Assembly: GCF_018350175.1 (NCBI RefSeq)
Contig: NC_058368.1
Location: 9,982,001 to 10,046,000 of the forward strand
DNA from: Felis catus
Lineage: Eukaryota
Reading direction: 5' to 3'
Length of the DNA: 64,000 nucleotides
Shown here: piece by piece, positions 22,899 through 35,178 of the stretch
Numbering within the stretch: the first letter of the stretch is position 1
Layout: each line of letters begins with the position of its first letter
Translations under genes and position numbers: made by a program
Notes under the pieces: model-generated
Seen by the model: only the letters and a program-made list of their open reading frames with translations
Databases searched by the model: none
What the model was told of the DNA's origin: nothing

Positions 22899-23599
22899 AT
22901 AGCTGGTCTTCTGCTTTCTGCGGGGACCCCATGGTGTCTGAGCAGCCGGAGTGATTCTTTAAACACGATGAGTCAAATCATTGCTTCCCATCCACTCAGA
23001 GTAAAATTCAAATACCTTACAACACCCGTAAGGCCCCTTTCTTCTCCTCTGACCTCGTCCGTCACCACTGCTCTCTCGTCTCGGATCCACTCCTTCCTCG
23101 TCTTCCAGATATGCCAGGCGTGTTCCTGCCTGAGGGCCTCTACACTTGCTGCCCCCACTGCCTCGGATACCCTGCTCCCAGACCCCTCATGGACCTATAA
23201 AGCAGCATGGTTCTATTCCTGGGTGCTCCATATTTCTCGACCTTACTGCCTCTTGATGGACAAATGTGCCTAGAATAGCGCCCGGCAGTGGTTAGGTGGT
23301 CAAAACACGTGTGTTGAGTCAGAGACAAATGGATGGACGGGTGAGACGCAGAAGACACTGGTTTATTGAGGCCTTTCATGGCCTTCGTCCTCTTCTGTCT
23401 TTCGCTCTCTTGTAATTCTTGCCAAATCACGATTGGTTCTCCGTCTTCCTAACGTTGAATATATGACCGAAACTCTACAGATGAAACAAACCAACATGGA
23501 CAACCAAAAGCCTCACGGGGAATATCTTTCAGAGACTAGCTTGGACTCCGCCCCATTTATGTCCCAGGATTTGGGTTTATTTGGGGTTAGCAGCACAGC

Positions 23600-23830
23600 T
23601 CAGTGAACGGTTCCTACAGTTTGGAGGTGGACTCCCTGGGTACATCCAGGCAACTCCTTACCCCGGTGTGGTCATGGGCAAGTTACTTTTCCCGCCTGCG
23701 CTCCAGGCTTTTGTCTGCAAAACGGGATAGTGTATGACAGAATTCCTAGAGCTATGGTGAGAATTAGGGGAATTAATTATACATGTCAAGTGCTTAGGCA
23801 TGTGGCAAGCCCTGGATCAATATTCACTAG
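23600..23830 (+). mobile_element. MIR
   Basis: gtgtggtcatgggcaagttactt, tctgcaaaacgggatag, gtcaagtgcttaggca. Confidence 0.65.
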
Positions 23831-23959
23831 CATTATCAGTCTGTGTATATGCTGTCTTCATGAGGATTTCTTCATGATGCTGCCTTCAGAAGACTCTGTT
23901 GCCTGGTGATACGACAAAGCTTTGAAAAAGTTTCTGCAAGACTCATACAGCGGCAGCCT

Positions 23960-24600
23960 ATGTGCCGTTCTGGGCACTGGGGATATGGGTTGAGTAGGAC
24001 AAATAAGATCTCTGTCCTCCTGGAATTTACGTTTTCTTTTGAGGATACAGACAATAAACAGATAAATAACAAAGCATGAGCTAGTGGTAAGTGTGATGAT
24101 AAAAATAAAATAAAAGAGGGTGAGGAGAGGGGGAGGGGTGGGGGAGGGACTTACTTTAGGTTTCATGATCTCAAAAAGCTGCTCTCCAAGGCAATTGGAA
24201 GCTGTTACCTGAATGACAAAAGGCAGCAGCCAGCCAAACACCGAGGGCAAGAATTTTTCCAACACAGTAACCAGTTCATGCAGAGCCTTGAGCAGGGATC
24301 AGGCTTGGTGTGTTTGAGGAGAAGAAGGCGGGCCAGTGTTGGTAGGGTGGGGTGAATGCCGTTGGGGAGAGTAGGAGAAGAAAGTGAGGTCAGAGAGGTC
24401 GAGTCATGAGCATTGTAGCCCGCACCAAGGGGTGTGGATATGTTTTTTCGAGGGCTGGGAATCGTGGGAAGGCTTAAAATGACATTTTAAGAATTTAAGA
24501 ATGACATTTTACAAAGATCCCTCTGGCTGCTGCTGGGTTGAGCATGGCCTGCCGTGAGGCAAGCCTTAAAATAGGGACACCAGTGGGGGACAGTGACAAG
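23960..24600 (-). mobile_element. L2 fragment
   Basis: gttctgggcactggggat, gcttggtgtgtttgagga, tgaggtcagagagg, aaagatccctctggctgct. Confidence 0.68.
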
Positions 24601-25480
24601 TAAAACACGTGGCCAATGCGGGTGATTATGATGGAGGTTCTGGCACAATGTGATGCTTAGGTGCAGCTCCGAATCTTGTTACTAACACGAGGCATCATAA
24701 CACCAGCCAGCATGTGGTGCTAGGTGTCTCAGACCAAACCTCCCGACCCAGGATGGTGATTGCCTTACCCCTTCAGCCCTCTTGCCTTTTCTCTCGGAGA
24801 TTTTACTGCAAACTTGTCATGTGATCAGTGTGGGGGAAAAGGGGTGAGGTTAGATTCCTTTTGCCTCTGGAACTTTCTCCCATGGCTCCTAGGAATATTA
24901 AGATAAGCTAAAATTGTGTCGAATCTAAAGGGAGAGAACAACAGTGTCTAAGTAAAGACCCACCAAGAATTCTGTGCCGCCAGCGGACTATTTACTAAAT
25001 ATCAGCTTTTGGACAACGACAGTAGCTATATGTGAATGATATTTGTTTCGAGAATCTTGAAAAAAAAAAACCACAGAGAATTCTTCTAAAGGTTGAAAAC
25101 AGCAAGGCCCCTTGTACCCCCGTTCCATAAATTCTGTTATGAATGAGGTTGTATGTTTCACATTTAATAAACAGTCACTGGCTTGGAAGGATTTCTTTTC
25201 TGGATCTAATGGACTGAAGGCCAAAGTTGTTTTTTTTTCCCCCCCGTTCTAATTCACACCACTATTTATAGACCTACCATTTTCCATACTTAGCATACTT
25301 TCCAGAATGCAGGAAAGAGGCCAAATGAAGTTGCTACAGGTCTTATGCCTCCTGGTTATCCGCACGAGGCAAACCGCCCTGACAGTGAGCCTGAGTCCCT
25401 GAAACAATGGTCTTTGATCAGCCCATGTCAGCAACCTCCTCCATCTGTCCAGACTAGATCAATTACTGGGCAGTCTGCTT

Positions 25481-25660
25481 TAGGGTTGCCAGATGAAATT
25501 ACGGGACATGCAGTTAAATTTGAAGATAAGATTTTAAAAGATGAATAATGGTTTAGTACCAGTATGTCCCAAGTTTTATAGGGACAGATAGTAGTTGTTT
25601 ATTTGAAATTCAAACTTAACTGGACATCCTGTGCTTTTATTTGAGGAAGTGGCAAGCCCA
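25481..25660. mobile_element. MER53-like hAT MITE
   Basis: Starts tagggttgccagat, internal gttaaatttgaa / ttgaaattcaaacttaactggacatcctg, ends tggcaagccc (terminal inverted repeat). Confidence 0.75.
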
Positions 25661-25914
25661 GCCCTGGTTGGGGATGGGTGTGAAGCATTTCCAGCAGTAG
25701 GGGCCGCTTAACGCGACACATTGGCTGCCTCGTTGGGCCTGTCCATCTCTGGTCACCTACTGCCCTCAACCCAGCTGGATTGCAAATGGGTATTGTCACT
25801 GGAGTGACCAGCTGTCTGTACCTACCTTCCGGTGTCTCAATTAGACTCTCAGCCCTATATTTAGGACATTCTCTCCTTTCCCTATAGTAGGAACCCTATA
25901 GTAGAAGCTATTTT

Positions 25915-25945
25915 CCATCCATCCATCCATCCATCCATCCATCCA
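25915..25945. repeat. (CATC)n tetranucleotide repeat
   Basis: Directly visible. Confidence 0.9.
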
Positions 25946-26239
25946 ATAAGTATTTATAGAACACCTTTTAAGTACCAGAGACCAGGCAGAAAATCCATAA
26001 TCTCCCTGGGAACATGTCATGTGGACAATTCATGCTCTGTCTTGGAGCCAGCTTCTTGGAAGGCCTCCAGAGCATAGGAAGCAGCTGTTGCAATGAACAA
26101 AACAGCTCTGATCCCAGCATCTCTGGACTTGTCCAACTGAGCCTATATATCTCGGATGCCACGAGTTGCCCTGGAACTAGCCCTGACCTGTGAGACGTGG
26201 CACAGCGAAGCTGAAAGCCAGACAGGACCGTCCTGTCCT

Positions 26240-26620
26240 ATCTGTTAGGGAAGGCTACTTGTAACAAACAGACTTCGACATGTATAATCACACTAGAAGT
26301 TTATTTTCTGTTCAAGTAATACTCTGGGCAGGTACAGAGATTTGTGGGGGAACCCACTCAGCACAGTCATTCATGGACTTGAACCGGTGGAGGCTCTGCT
26401 ACCTTCACCAGGTCACTGATCTTTTCCAAGGTTGCCTGGGGGTCATCATCAGCCCAGCCGGTCATAAGAGGGTCAGGGCGTGGAGGTGTGCATGGGAGAT
26501 TTGACCAAGCCTGGAAGGGGCCTACATTGTTTCCTCTCAGATCCCTTGGACAGCCACATGGCCGCTCCTAGTTGCAAGGGAGGCCATGCAACGTGTGCCC
26601 AGGAAGAAGAAACCAACACG
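26240..26620. mobile_element. Old MLT1 (J/K/L-like) LTR fragment
   Basis: tgtaacaaacagac, tagaagtttattttct, agtcattcatggac, cacatggccgctcctagttgcaagggaggc. Confidence 0.6.
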
Positions 26621-27573
26621 GACTCAGCTAACTTCTCTGAGCCTCAGTTCCCTCACCTGCGAAATACTCCACCGATTGCCAGTTGGTAAAGTGACGGCTG
26701 GGACCCACCACCGGCAGGTCTGACAACGTTCCCCAACTCCCCGATTTGCCAGCATCGGACTTCCCACCCCCAGTCTGGAGATAAAGGAGGTCCGATCCCT
26801 CTTCCATTTGCACAACTGCCTGCTTCTTGGTTCTCACCCTTCTCAGACCAGCTGCCTAGAGCCAAGCCACTTTATCTCACAGGTTGTGTTCCAGGAGTTC
26901 ACTTACTGGAACTTTGCAACTTGGAGTGCACTCTTCCATAAAAGCAGCTGTACGGGGATCACGGCCAGGGCCCGGCCTCCATCTTCTGGCCCGAGGCAAC
27001 TCTAAGGGGTGGGCTGGAGAGAGCCGCTGGCACCCGGGCCGTTCCCACGGTAGCATCTGAGAAGGCTCTGCAGCAGGGAGCACGGGTGGAGTTCGGGGCC
27101 CCAGAGGCTTTGTGAGTGGCTGGTTCCCATGGCAACCATGGGGTGGCCTCCACAGCTGCTGGGAACTGAGTAGCCCTGGTTAGAAGCTAACAGTAGGCTT
27201 GTAAGCCTGGAGCTGCCTGTGGCTGCAACCCGGAGCAAGGCGCCCTTCCGGCTGGGGTCGTTCATTACCAGCACGCCCTCTGCAGCCCTGCGTCCATGTC
27301 ATTGAAACAAATACCTATTGATCATCTGCTTCCCAAACACCGTGGTGGATCCTGAGAACCCAGGAATAAGACACAGCCCTGGTGTGCCAGCCTCAAGGGG
27401 TGAGATAAACACACATCCACAACAGAGAAGGACAGTGCCATGTGACCCAGGCAGGGGACAGGTAGTCGGGAGGCTCTGGGAGGAGAGCTTTGGTCTAACC
27501 CGTGGCCACGGCATGTGCAGAAGCATGGAGTGAAGCTTCAAGGACACTTTGACGAGGTCACGTGGGGGGGGGA

Positions 27574-27575
27574 GT

Positions 27576-27606
<31 letters not shown>

Positions 27607-27607
27607 C
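27574..27607. repeat. (GT)n microsatellite
   Basis: Directly visible. Confidence 0.9.
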
Positions 27608-27940
27608 GCAGGGGGATGGCATGGGAGCTGTTGGCAGGCATCGGATCTGGAGCACCCTAAGGACCTTGGGTCATGTGGGCCCAGAAGCCTTCTTAGAGAT
27701 GAGCATTCGAGGAGGGTGAGTCCAGTGGTTCCATGAATATTTTCAAAAATGTTATCTAGTTTTAGATTCCTTGAATTCACATAAAGGGAAGAAAACCTTA
27801 GGGATATTTCTCTAATGTTTGGCACATCTTACCCACTGACGAAACCCACGTCCACTATCCAAATGAGCATGACCGTGCTTTGGCCTGGAGACTTAAGTTG
27901 TAACCCTCTGCAAAGTTGGAAGACTTGTCCTTGCAGGGTC

Positions 27941-27959
27941 TGTCCTGCAGGGGGCGTCT
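27941..27959 (+). promoter_or_regulatory. CTCF-like motif
   Basis: CCTGCAGGGGGCGT at 27944-27957 has two deviations from CCASYAGRKGGCRS. Confidence 0.4.
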
Positions 27960-28054
27960 CTGTGCATAGTGGATATTCTTTCTCTTGGCTCTTCACCCCC
28001 TGGCATCTGCACTCCAACCTGAGGCCCACCTTAAGGTCCAGATGTCCACCCTCC

Positions 28055-28122
28055 CTCGATGACCAACTGTCCCGGTTTTAGTACCAAAAGTCCCACGTCC
28101 CACGAAACGTCTCAGTCCCAGC
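28055..28122. mobile_element. MER81-like fragment
   Basis: tgaccaactgtcccggttttagtaccaaaagtcccacgtccc...ctcagtccc. Confidence 0.55.
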
Positions 28123-28345
28123 GTTAACCTTCAGGCCAGAGAGGAAAGTCTGAGCCCAGACCTCAGGTTTATAGGATGTTGACCGGCAGGTGAAGAACAG
28201 AGAGGGAGTTGGTTTTGGAGCCAGGCCTGCCCAACGGAAGCTTGATTTCTCTGCCTAATCTTTTTCTGTGTGATGTTGGAGAAGTTACTTCACCTTTCTG
28301 AACACTAGCTTCTCATCTGTTATAGGTGAAAAAAGAGTATGTATC

Positions 28346-28569
28346 TTTTTTTTAAATTTTTTTTAACGTTTTTATTTATTTTTGAGACAGAGAGAGACAG
28401 AGCATGAATGGGGGAGGGGCAGAGAGAGAAGGAGACACAGAATCGGAAGCAGGCTCCAGGCTCTGAGCCATCAGCCCAGAGCCCGACGCGGGGCTTGAAC
28501 TCCCAGACCGTGAGATCGTGACCTGAGCTGAAGTCAGATGCTTAACCGACTGAGCCACCCAGGCGCCCC
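28346..28569 (-). mobile_element. SINEC_Fc inserted in a MIR (MIR ~28200-28650)
   Basis: Degenerate TSD agagtatgtatctt / agaatacatatctt; MIR core tgtgtgatgttggagaagttacttcacc upstream. Confidence 0.9.
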
Positions 28570-29067
28570 AAGAATACATATCTTAAGGGAATGGAAATAA
28601 TGTACGTTAAACACTGTCACGTAGGAAGTGCTCAGTAAATGGTGTTATTTTCTAGGGGAAGGCATATCAACAGTCACCATATAATGTGAAAAAGTGTGTT
28701 GAGCTTTTATACTGAAGGTTGAGGATACAAAGGAGCAGAGCTGCCTCTGGGGGTCAGAGAAGTCCTTCAATTGCTACCACCTGACAAAACTCCCAGATGT
28801 GACTCTCCTGCCTCTCACACACCCACTGTGGACTGTGATTAAAAATTCGAGAAAAAGGAAATGCAAAATAGTGAGAACATACTGAATAGCAAACAGAATT
28901 TGAGGAGTGAGCTAATAGACACCAAGTACAAGCAGTCTCCTAACGCCAGGTCAGTTCATGTAGGGGAAGAACCTGTAAGTGGGAGAGTGTAAAACCTGCA
29001 CGTGCTCTGGAGCAGAGAACTGGGCAGGCCTAGTGGGAGAGCACAGGTATTCTAGAATTCTCAGGAA

Positions 29068-29097
29068 GTTCTGGAATATTCCAGTATATTCTGGAGT
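29068..29097. promoter_or_regulatory. Extended heat-shock element (six phased nGAAn units)
   Basis: TTC-tg-GAA-ta-TTC-ca-GtA-ta-TTC-tg-GAg from 29069 with 5-bp periodicity. Confidence 0.55.
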
Positions 29098-29285
29098 GCA
29101 CTTCCCGTGGGTGAAGCCGGAGGGCAGGGTGAACACAATTATGTTTGTGAGGAGTGGGTTTGTTGACTTGTCTGCTTGTGGGGTGACCCGAGGAAGATCA
29201 CAGCAGCCTTGTAGTAACATCTGGAGAGTTCTGGCCCTTTAAAGAGACCGGGGCTGTAGGTAGTGATGAAAACTTCCTCTGAGAG

Positions 29286-29901
29286 TGTAGCCAGGTCTCA
29301 ACTGTACCACGATTTCTTTCCCGGAAAGCCCGAATAATATTAAATGTGGAAAATTGGTACCTCCTCCCCCACCCCCTCCATACTTGGATGTCTCCTCTTC
29401 AAGTTCATCGTCTGGGCTGAAGCTGTTGAGAAGATACTATTCTTTCTTGTTCAGGAATTGTAGCTCCATGACACTCGAGAATGTCGTTGACAATAACACG
29501 TAGCAAGATTAGGGATGAGCACGTCTCCAGCCTCTCAAGAATCCAACCTTCCAAGAATGCTTCATTTCTTAGGACCAATGGTTCCAGTAATGGTGATGGG
29601 GAAGATGGTGCTGGAAGGAACAGCTGGATCTTGTGTCTTTGCCTCAGATGCCATCCAAAATGGTGGACAATTAAGCATCAGCCGCATACCCTCCCCAGAG
29701 CTGTGTGAGGCGGCAGCTTATTAACAAGGGCAAGTCTGGGTCTGCTGTCCTGTGGGGACCCGAGCACATGTTCTGCCCTGACTTCTCTGTTAAACCTTCT
29801 CTGTACCCTTCACCTCTGTGAGGGACCAAACATCATTACCAGGACCCCATGCACACCTTTAACTGTTGAGCCTCTACTTGGGGGACCACTGATAGGTGAC
29901 A
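29286..29901 (+). mobile_element. Probable ancient ERVL-class solo LTR (family uncertain)
   Basis: ~615 bp bounded by TG...CA, with caggaattgtagctcc reminiscent of MER54/73-type LTRs; no clear TSD. Confidence 0.4.
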
Positions 29902-29933
29902 GTGACCCCTGGGCATTTAAAATGTAAGCTCCT

Positions 29934-30150
29934 GGGGCGCCTGGGTGGCTCTGTCGGTTGAGCGTCCGAATTCGGCTCAGGTCATGATCTCACGGTCTGT
30001 GAGCTCGAGCCCCGCGACGGGCTCTGTGCTGACAGCTTGGAGCCTGGAGCCTGCTTCCCATTCTGTGTCTCCCAATCTCTCTGCCCCTCCCCTACTCACG
30101 CTCTGTCTTTCTCTCTCTGTCAAAAATAAACATTAAAAAAAATTTTTTTT
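29934..30150 (+). mobile_element. SINEC_Fc with TSD
   Basis: TSD aaatgtaagctcct on both sides. Confidence 0.92.
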
Positions 30151-32310
30151 TTAAATGTAAGCTCCTTAAGGTATAAATGTCTGTGACAGCAGCATCTCAC
30201 CAGGGCTTTATCTCACCAAAGTGGCCCTGGCAGCAAGTGGAGGGACTTCTGTATGCTTGGCATTTTTTCTATGCGTGATTTGCATTACTAAATAGAGTAA
30301 ATTCCCAAGTAGGGCCCCCGGAGCTCAGTCCCATAAAAGGTGGGCGTGTGCTGTAAGGAGTTAGGCGGAATGGCCAGGGGAGGTGGGCAGGAGCCCATCA
30401 CCTTCTCTGTCTATCCATCCGATCTTCTGTTGTCGTGAGTGCCTTATCATGGGGCCTCCTTACGTATCATATAGAAACATCCTTTCCACCAAGTGCAAAG
30501 AGAGCAAGTTTTCCCTGCCATTCCCGGTGTAGTTTTGTGGTTGCGAGAGATTTGCAGGCAGATACGTCATGGTTGGAGCTGCGGGGGGAAGAGCTCTGTC
30601 CAGATGGGCTGACCCCGGCACCACAGCCCCTTCCTGTCACCCTGCAAGGCGTCCCTGTGCGGGATGGGGCTGCCTCTGGTGCACACCTGCTGAGCCCCCG
30701 CGCTGCCAAGCAGCCCTTCAGAACAGCGCCTGGGTGCCCCCTCCCCCGAGGGCCTGCTAGCGAGCAGGGTAGGGCTTCTGGATCCCATTAGGACGCAGCT
30801 GTCCCGGTCTGGACACCGCGAGCAGAGCGTGGGCCTGGTTTCCATCACTTGGGTGTTGATTTGGCCTGTAATCATCATCAGAGGGCACATTCCAGGTTCG
30901 TGGTTTAAGAAAAAGCACACTTTTGCCTGCAGCTGAGGAGCCGTTCCGTTCCGAGCCTTTAATGCTTCTGGCTGAGCGCTGTGGCTCCTCCCATCTGAAT
31001 CTGACCATGCAGCTTTGATTTCCGAGGCAGGCGGCCCTGGTGCTTGGAAAGGCACACCGGCCCCTTTTCTGGATATCCCCAAGTGCTTAAAAGTGCAAAT
31101 GTGGCCAGAAAAATGTGTGCCGGGTTACTGTGCCAGGGATTCCGCTGGGAGGCCTCGGGCTCTGCATCTTTACTGGAAACACCCAATAAACCACCGGCCT
31201 CAAGGCTCTGTTGTTTTCAGTGCAGGGCTTACTTACATGCAGTCTCCTTCAGGCCACCAGGGGACCTTTGGCCAGATTGCCGCTTGAAGCCCCACGCCAG
31301 GGCAGCTTCCCGGACCCCCAGCCTGCTCCAACAGAGCCAACTGGTTTGCTCTTACACGCAGGGGTGGGTTCTCGATGCATGAACTCACTCTCCTCTGCAC
31401 ATCAGGATGACACTCGGGGGCAGGGGAAGTGGATGAGCTCTGCTCTCCGCCGGGCGGAGTCCCAGGATGTACCCCGGGGGGCCAAGGGACAGAGTTTGTC
31501 TCCGGGTGCAACGAACCCACCTTCTCCGTTTCTCTAAGTGATAACTAGCCCGGGCAATAGCAGCCAGCTATCTGACAATCAAGGACGGATGGAACTTCTA
31601 TTGGCCAGCTAACCAGAAAATTAAGGCTTCTGTTTTAAATAGCCTCCCTTAAGAAAAACATAGCACACTTTAGCCACAGGCAGGTTCTGTCGTTGCTGAG
31701 TCCCCCAAGGAGGCTGTGGGCTTGGCTGACCCACAGTTAGAGGGTGGCCTTCGAGGCTGAGCTCAGGGTATCACAGCAGATGACACAGCGCAGAAAAGCC
31801 AGCGCTGGCCGTGGGGGCCAGTGACAAACAAGTGGGGGCTAGATTCTGATGCTCTAGAATCTGGCTGGGGTCAACTCAGGATCAGTGGTGCGGGAGGATT
31901 TGAAACAAAAATGTAACCAGTCGGGGGGCCTCTGGTCTTAACAACAGCTGAAGGCAGGACGTGCAGATACAATTGCACTATCCCTAAATTAAGTCAACAT
32001 TTCACCCATCGCAAGGCCTTTTTCTCAACAAGTAAGCTCGCCCACGGCTAAGGTTTCACCACTGTCAGGGCAATGACCAATGACCCGATGGGTCACCGTG
32101 GATGTAAAATTCGTAGTCATTAGGGCCGGTGTCTGTCAACTTCTGATGAACAGTTGAGGGCAACCTAATCTGATTTCACCCACACACACCTTACATTTTT
32201 AAGCTGTAGGATGTCGTGAGTCTTTGACAAGAATGTTAGGCCGTGATATGTCTCTCTCAATGCTGTGCCTACCTGACATAATGTTAACATGATGGTAAAG
32301 CTGAATTTTT

Positions 32311-32338
32311 AAAAAATGTTTATTTATTTATTTTTGAC

Positions 32339-32376
<38 letters not shown>

Positions 32377-32546
32377 CACACAAGTCGGGGAGGGGCAGAG
32401 AGAGGGGGAGACACAGAATCCGAAGCAGGCTCCAGGCTCTGAGCTGTCAGCACAGAGCCTGACACGGGGCTCGAACTCATGAACCATGAGGTCATGACCT
32501 GAGCCAAAGCCAGCCGCTTAACCAGCTGAGCCACCCAGGCGCCCCC
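32311..32546 (-). mobile_element. SINEC_Fc with expanded (GA)n linker
   Basis: TSD aaag(c/t)tgaatttt. Confidence 0.92.
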
Positions 32547-34787
32547 AAAGTTGAATTTTGAACTGCAGGCACCGGGAACTTCAGAGGACCCCATGCAGAG
32601 GGAAGTTGGGGAGAGAGCCGAGACTGACTCCAGTGAAGGGATAAGTGAGTTCTCCTGGATTCGCCAGGAATCAGAGGCCAGACGGGATGACCTGGGAACA
32701 CAGGCTGTGATGCCCGAAAGAGAACAGAACCCTTCCAGGCCTAGCTTTGCCACCAGCTGTTGTGCGAATCCTGAAGCTGGCTTGCTGGCCCGGAATAGTG
32801 CCTTAGTGTTCTCGCTACCCAAGCCCTTCTTTGATGAAACTACCTGCTGTGTCCCCCGACGCCAGCCACTTGGACCAAAATGGGGCTGTCATCCCTTTCT
32901 GTGACTCTGCCTCCCTGGCCTCAGTCCCCTTGAGGGGAGGACGTCGGAGACGGTCCCTCCCTGACATTTATCGGAACTGCAGCTGGTGGAGGAGAGGGGT
33001 CCTCACTGGGAGGGAGAGAACAGCCTGGATGCCGCCGGTGGTCGTGTCCCCCACATCCTGGAGGGAAAGATCCACTACCTTTTGGTGACAGTGAAGCTAA
33101 CATGCAGAGAGAAGCATGTGGCAGAAGTGGCTGGAAGGTTCTGTCTGAATTTAGGTCCCTGCTCCAGCCGTTCCCGAGGCTAGGGTGCATCGCCGTCATT
33201 CGGTTGTCTGAATCGAAGTGCGCCTCGTTTCACCCAAGTTCAAGTTGTGGTCCCCGCTATTCATGCTACTTGTCAGCAGTTTGTTAGCATTCTACATGTC
33301 CTATTGTTACCATTATTTCTGGTGCACAGTTTTGGGCACCTTTTGGCAGCCAAGCACCCATTTTCCTCGGCAACTCCCCGCGTGCGGGGTTGGCGTGGGC
33401 AGGAATCATACTGTGCTAAGGCTCAGAAGACAGAGAAGGCTTTGCGTCTTACCATCGGAATCCGGTGCCGAAATCCCGTTTTCAGCTCCTGTTTCAACAA
33501 CTGAGTCAATAGTCAGTTATACTCAGTTATAAGTAGCATTTAGATCAGAAACCAGATTTCCCCCCCTGCCTTCCTATCCATCCTACAAATCTCCGTTCAG
33601 ATCAACAAATAATGGAGGAGCACGTACCATGCTGGAGACAGAAAGGTAAGTCCCGTCTTGGAGGCAGACCCGTTAGTGTGTCTGATACACTGATCGCTTC
33701 CTACGACTCAAAGGATCCTTCAGCAGACTCCCCAAATACGCTCCAAATAAAGTGTGGTCTGGGACGAGCTTTCAAGGCCCCACATGACTTTCTACAGCTA
33801 GCCCGTCATCCTTGCCTTCTGGGTTCCTGTGGCTAGTCCCCACGCTCGCCCAGTGGCCTGCCTCGGGAGGACTGGCCTCCATGATGCTGAGAAGGTACTT
33901 CCCTCACCCGCCGCCCCCGACCGTCCATATCCTACCCACCCGTAGGGTCCAACTCATGTCCTTCCCTCTTTAATTCTTCCCAAATCTGGTTCTTTGACAC
34001 CTTCCTGGTGGGATTTCGCCACCATTTATTCTTAAGCTTTCTCAAACATGGTTGTTTTACATCGTGTCCTTATCCTGTATCCAGTCGTCTCTGGGTAAAC
34101 CATGCTGTCCTTGAGGCCTGCCAGCAGCTAGGTCACGTGCATGCAGAGTATCCCCAGGGCAGCAGACAGGGCTAGGGCAGAAGGTCTGGGTTTGAGTCTC
34201 GGTTGTGGGATCGTGGGCAGCTGTCCAACCCTTCTTCTCTAGAGGGCTGCCTCCGCGCACGGCTCCCTCTGGTCCCTCCGCCTGCAATGTACCTAAACCC
34301 CTCCTCTTGCCGGCCCGACAGCCTCTGCTGTCTACAGTTCTTGGCTCAAGGCTTCCTTCATTAGAGGGACCTCCCCAGTCACCCTGCTTCCCACCAGAGA
34401 TCCTCCCTCTGGACTCCCAATCCTGGGCATGCCCCTAACTGAGTCTTGTCACCCCGTGCTGGCCTCCATGTTAAGCTGCCTGCCTTCCCTGCCTGCCAGG
34501 AGCCCCTGAGGTCAGAAAGGCCATTCAATTTCTCTCTGGTCCCCAGGGTTACTGAGGACCTGGGGTCTGGCGAGGACTTAATACTGGTTCGTTTTATGAA
34601 TACGAAGGGGGTCTGCCTACCCCACAGCAGAAGATCTCCCAAGTAAAGAACAAAAAATAAGAATTCTATCATAACGACAGCGGACTAAATGGCCACGTGC
34701 CTGGCGCTGTTCTGGACCTCTGTCACATATCATCTAACGGCAGAGCCCAAGAGGTAAGGACTATCCTTATCTCTGTTGTAAAGATGC

Positions 34788-35178
34788 GTGTAATAAATGA
34801 CACAAACCTAAAAGTCTAAAATGGACGTGTCAGCAAGACTATACTCCTTCCGGATGTTCTGGGAGAGAATCCTTTCCTCGCCCTTTTCAGTTTCTGGAGG
34901 CTGCCCATTTCCCTCGGTTCCCGGCCACACGGCTCCAACCTCCCAACCATGGGCTTCTCTTGTCTCATCCCCTATGACTGACCCTGACCCTCCTCTCTCC
35001 CCTTTATAAGGACCCTGGTGATGACACTGAGTCCACCCAGATAAGGCAGGGTGTTCTCCCCACCTCAGGACCCTCCGTGTAATCACATCTGCAAGGTCCC
35101 TTTGACCACGTGAGGTCACACATTCACTGCAGGTGTTAGAACAAGGGCACCTTCTGCAGCCGCCGTTCTGCCCACCTC
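34788..35178 (-). mobile_element. MLT1C/D-like LTR
   Basis: ttataaggaccctggtgatgacactgagtccacccagataa, aatcacatctgcaaggtccctttgaccacgtgaggtcaca, ttctgccca. Confidence 0.8.

Larger units (their letters stand above)
21950..23340 (+). mobile_element. L2 fragments interrupted by MER20
   Basis: ctccagactaaaatatccaattgcccactt, ccttggagtcaactctgactc, actcagagtaaaattcaaa, tgcctagaatagcgcccggca are L2 motifs. Confidence 0.65.
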
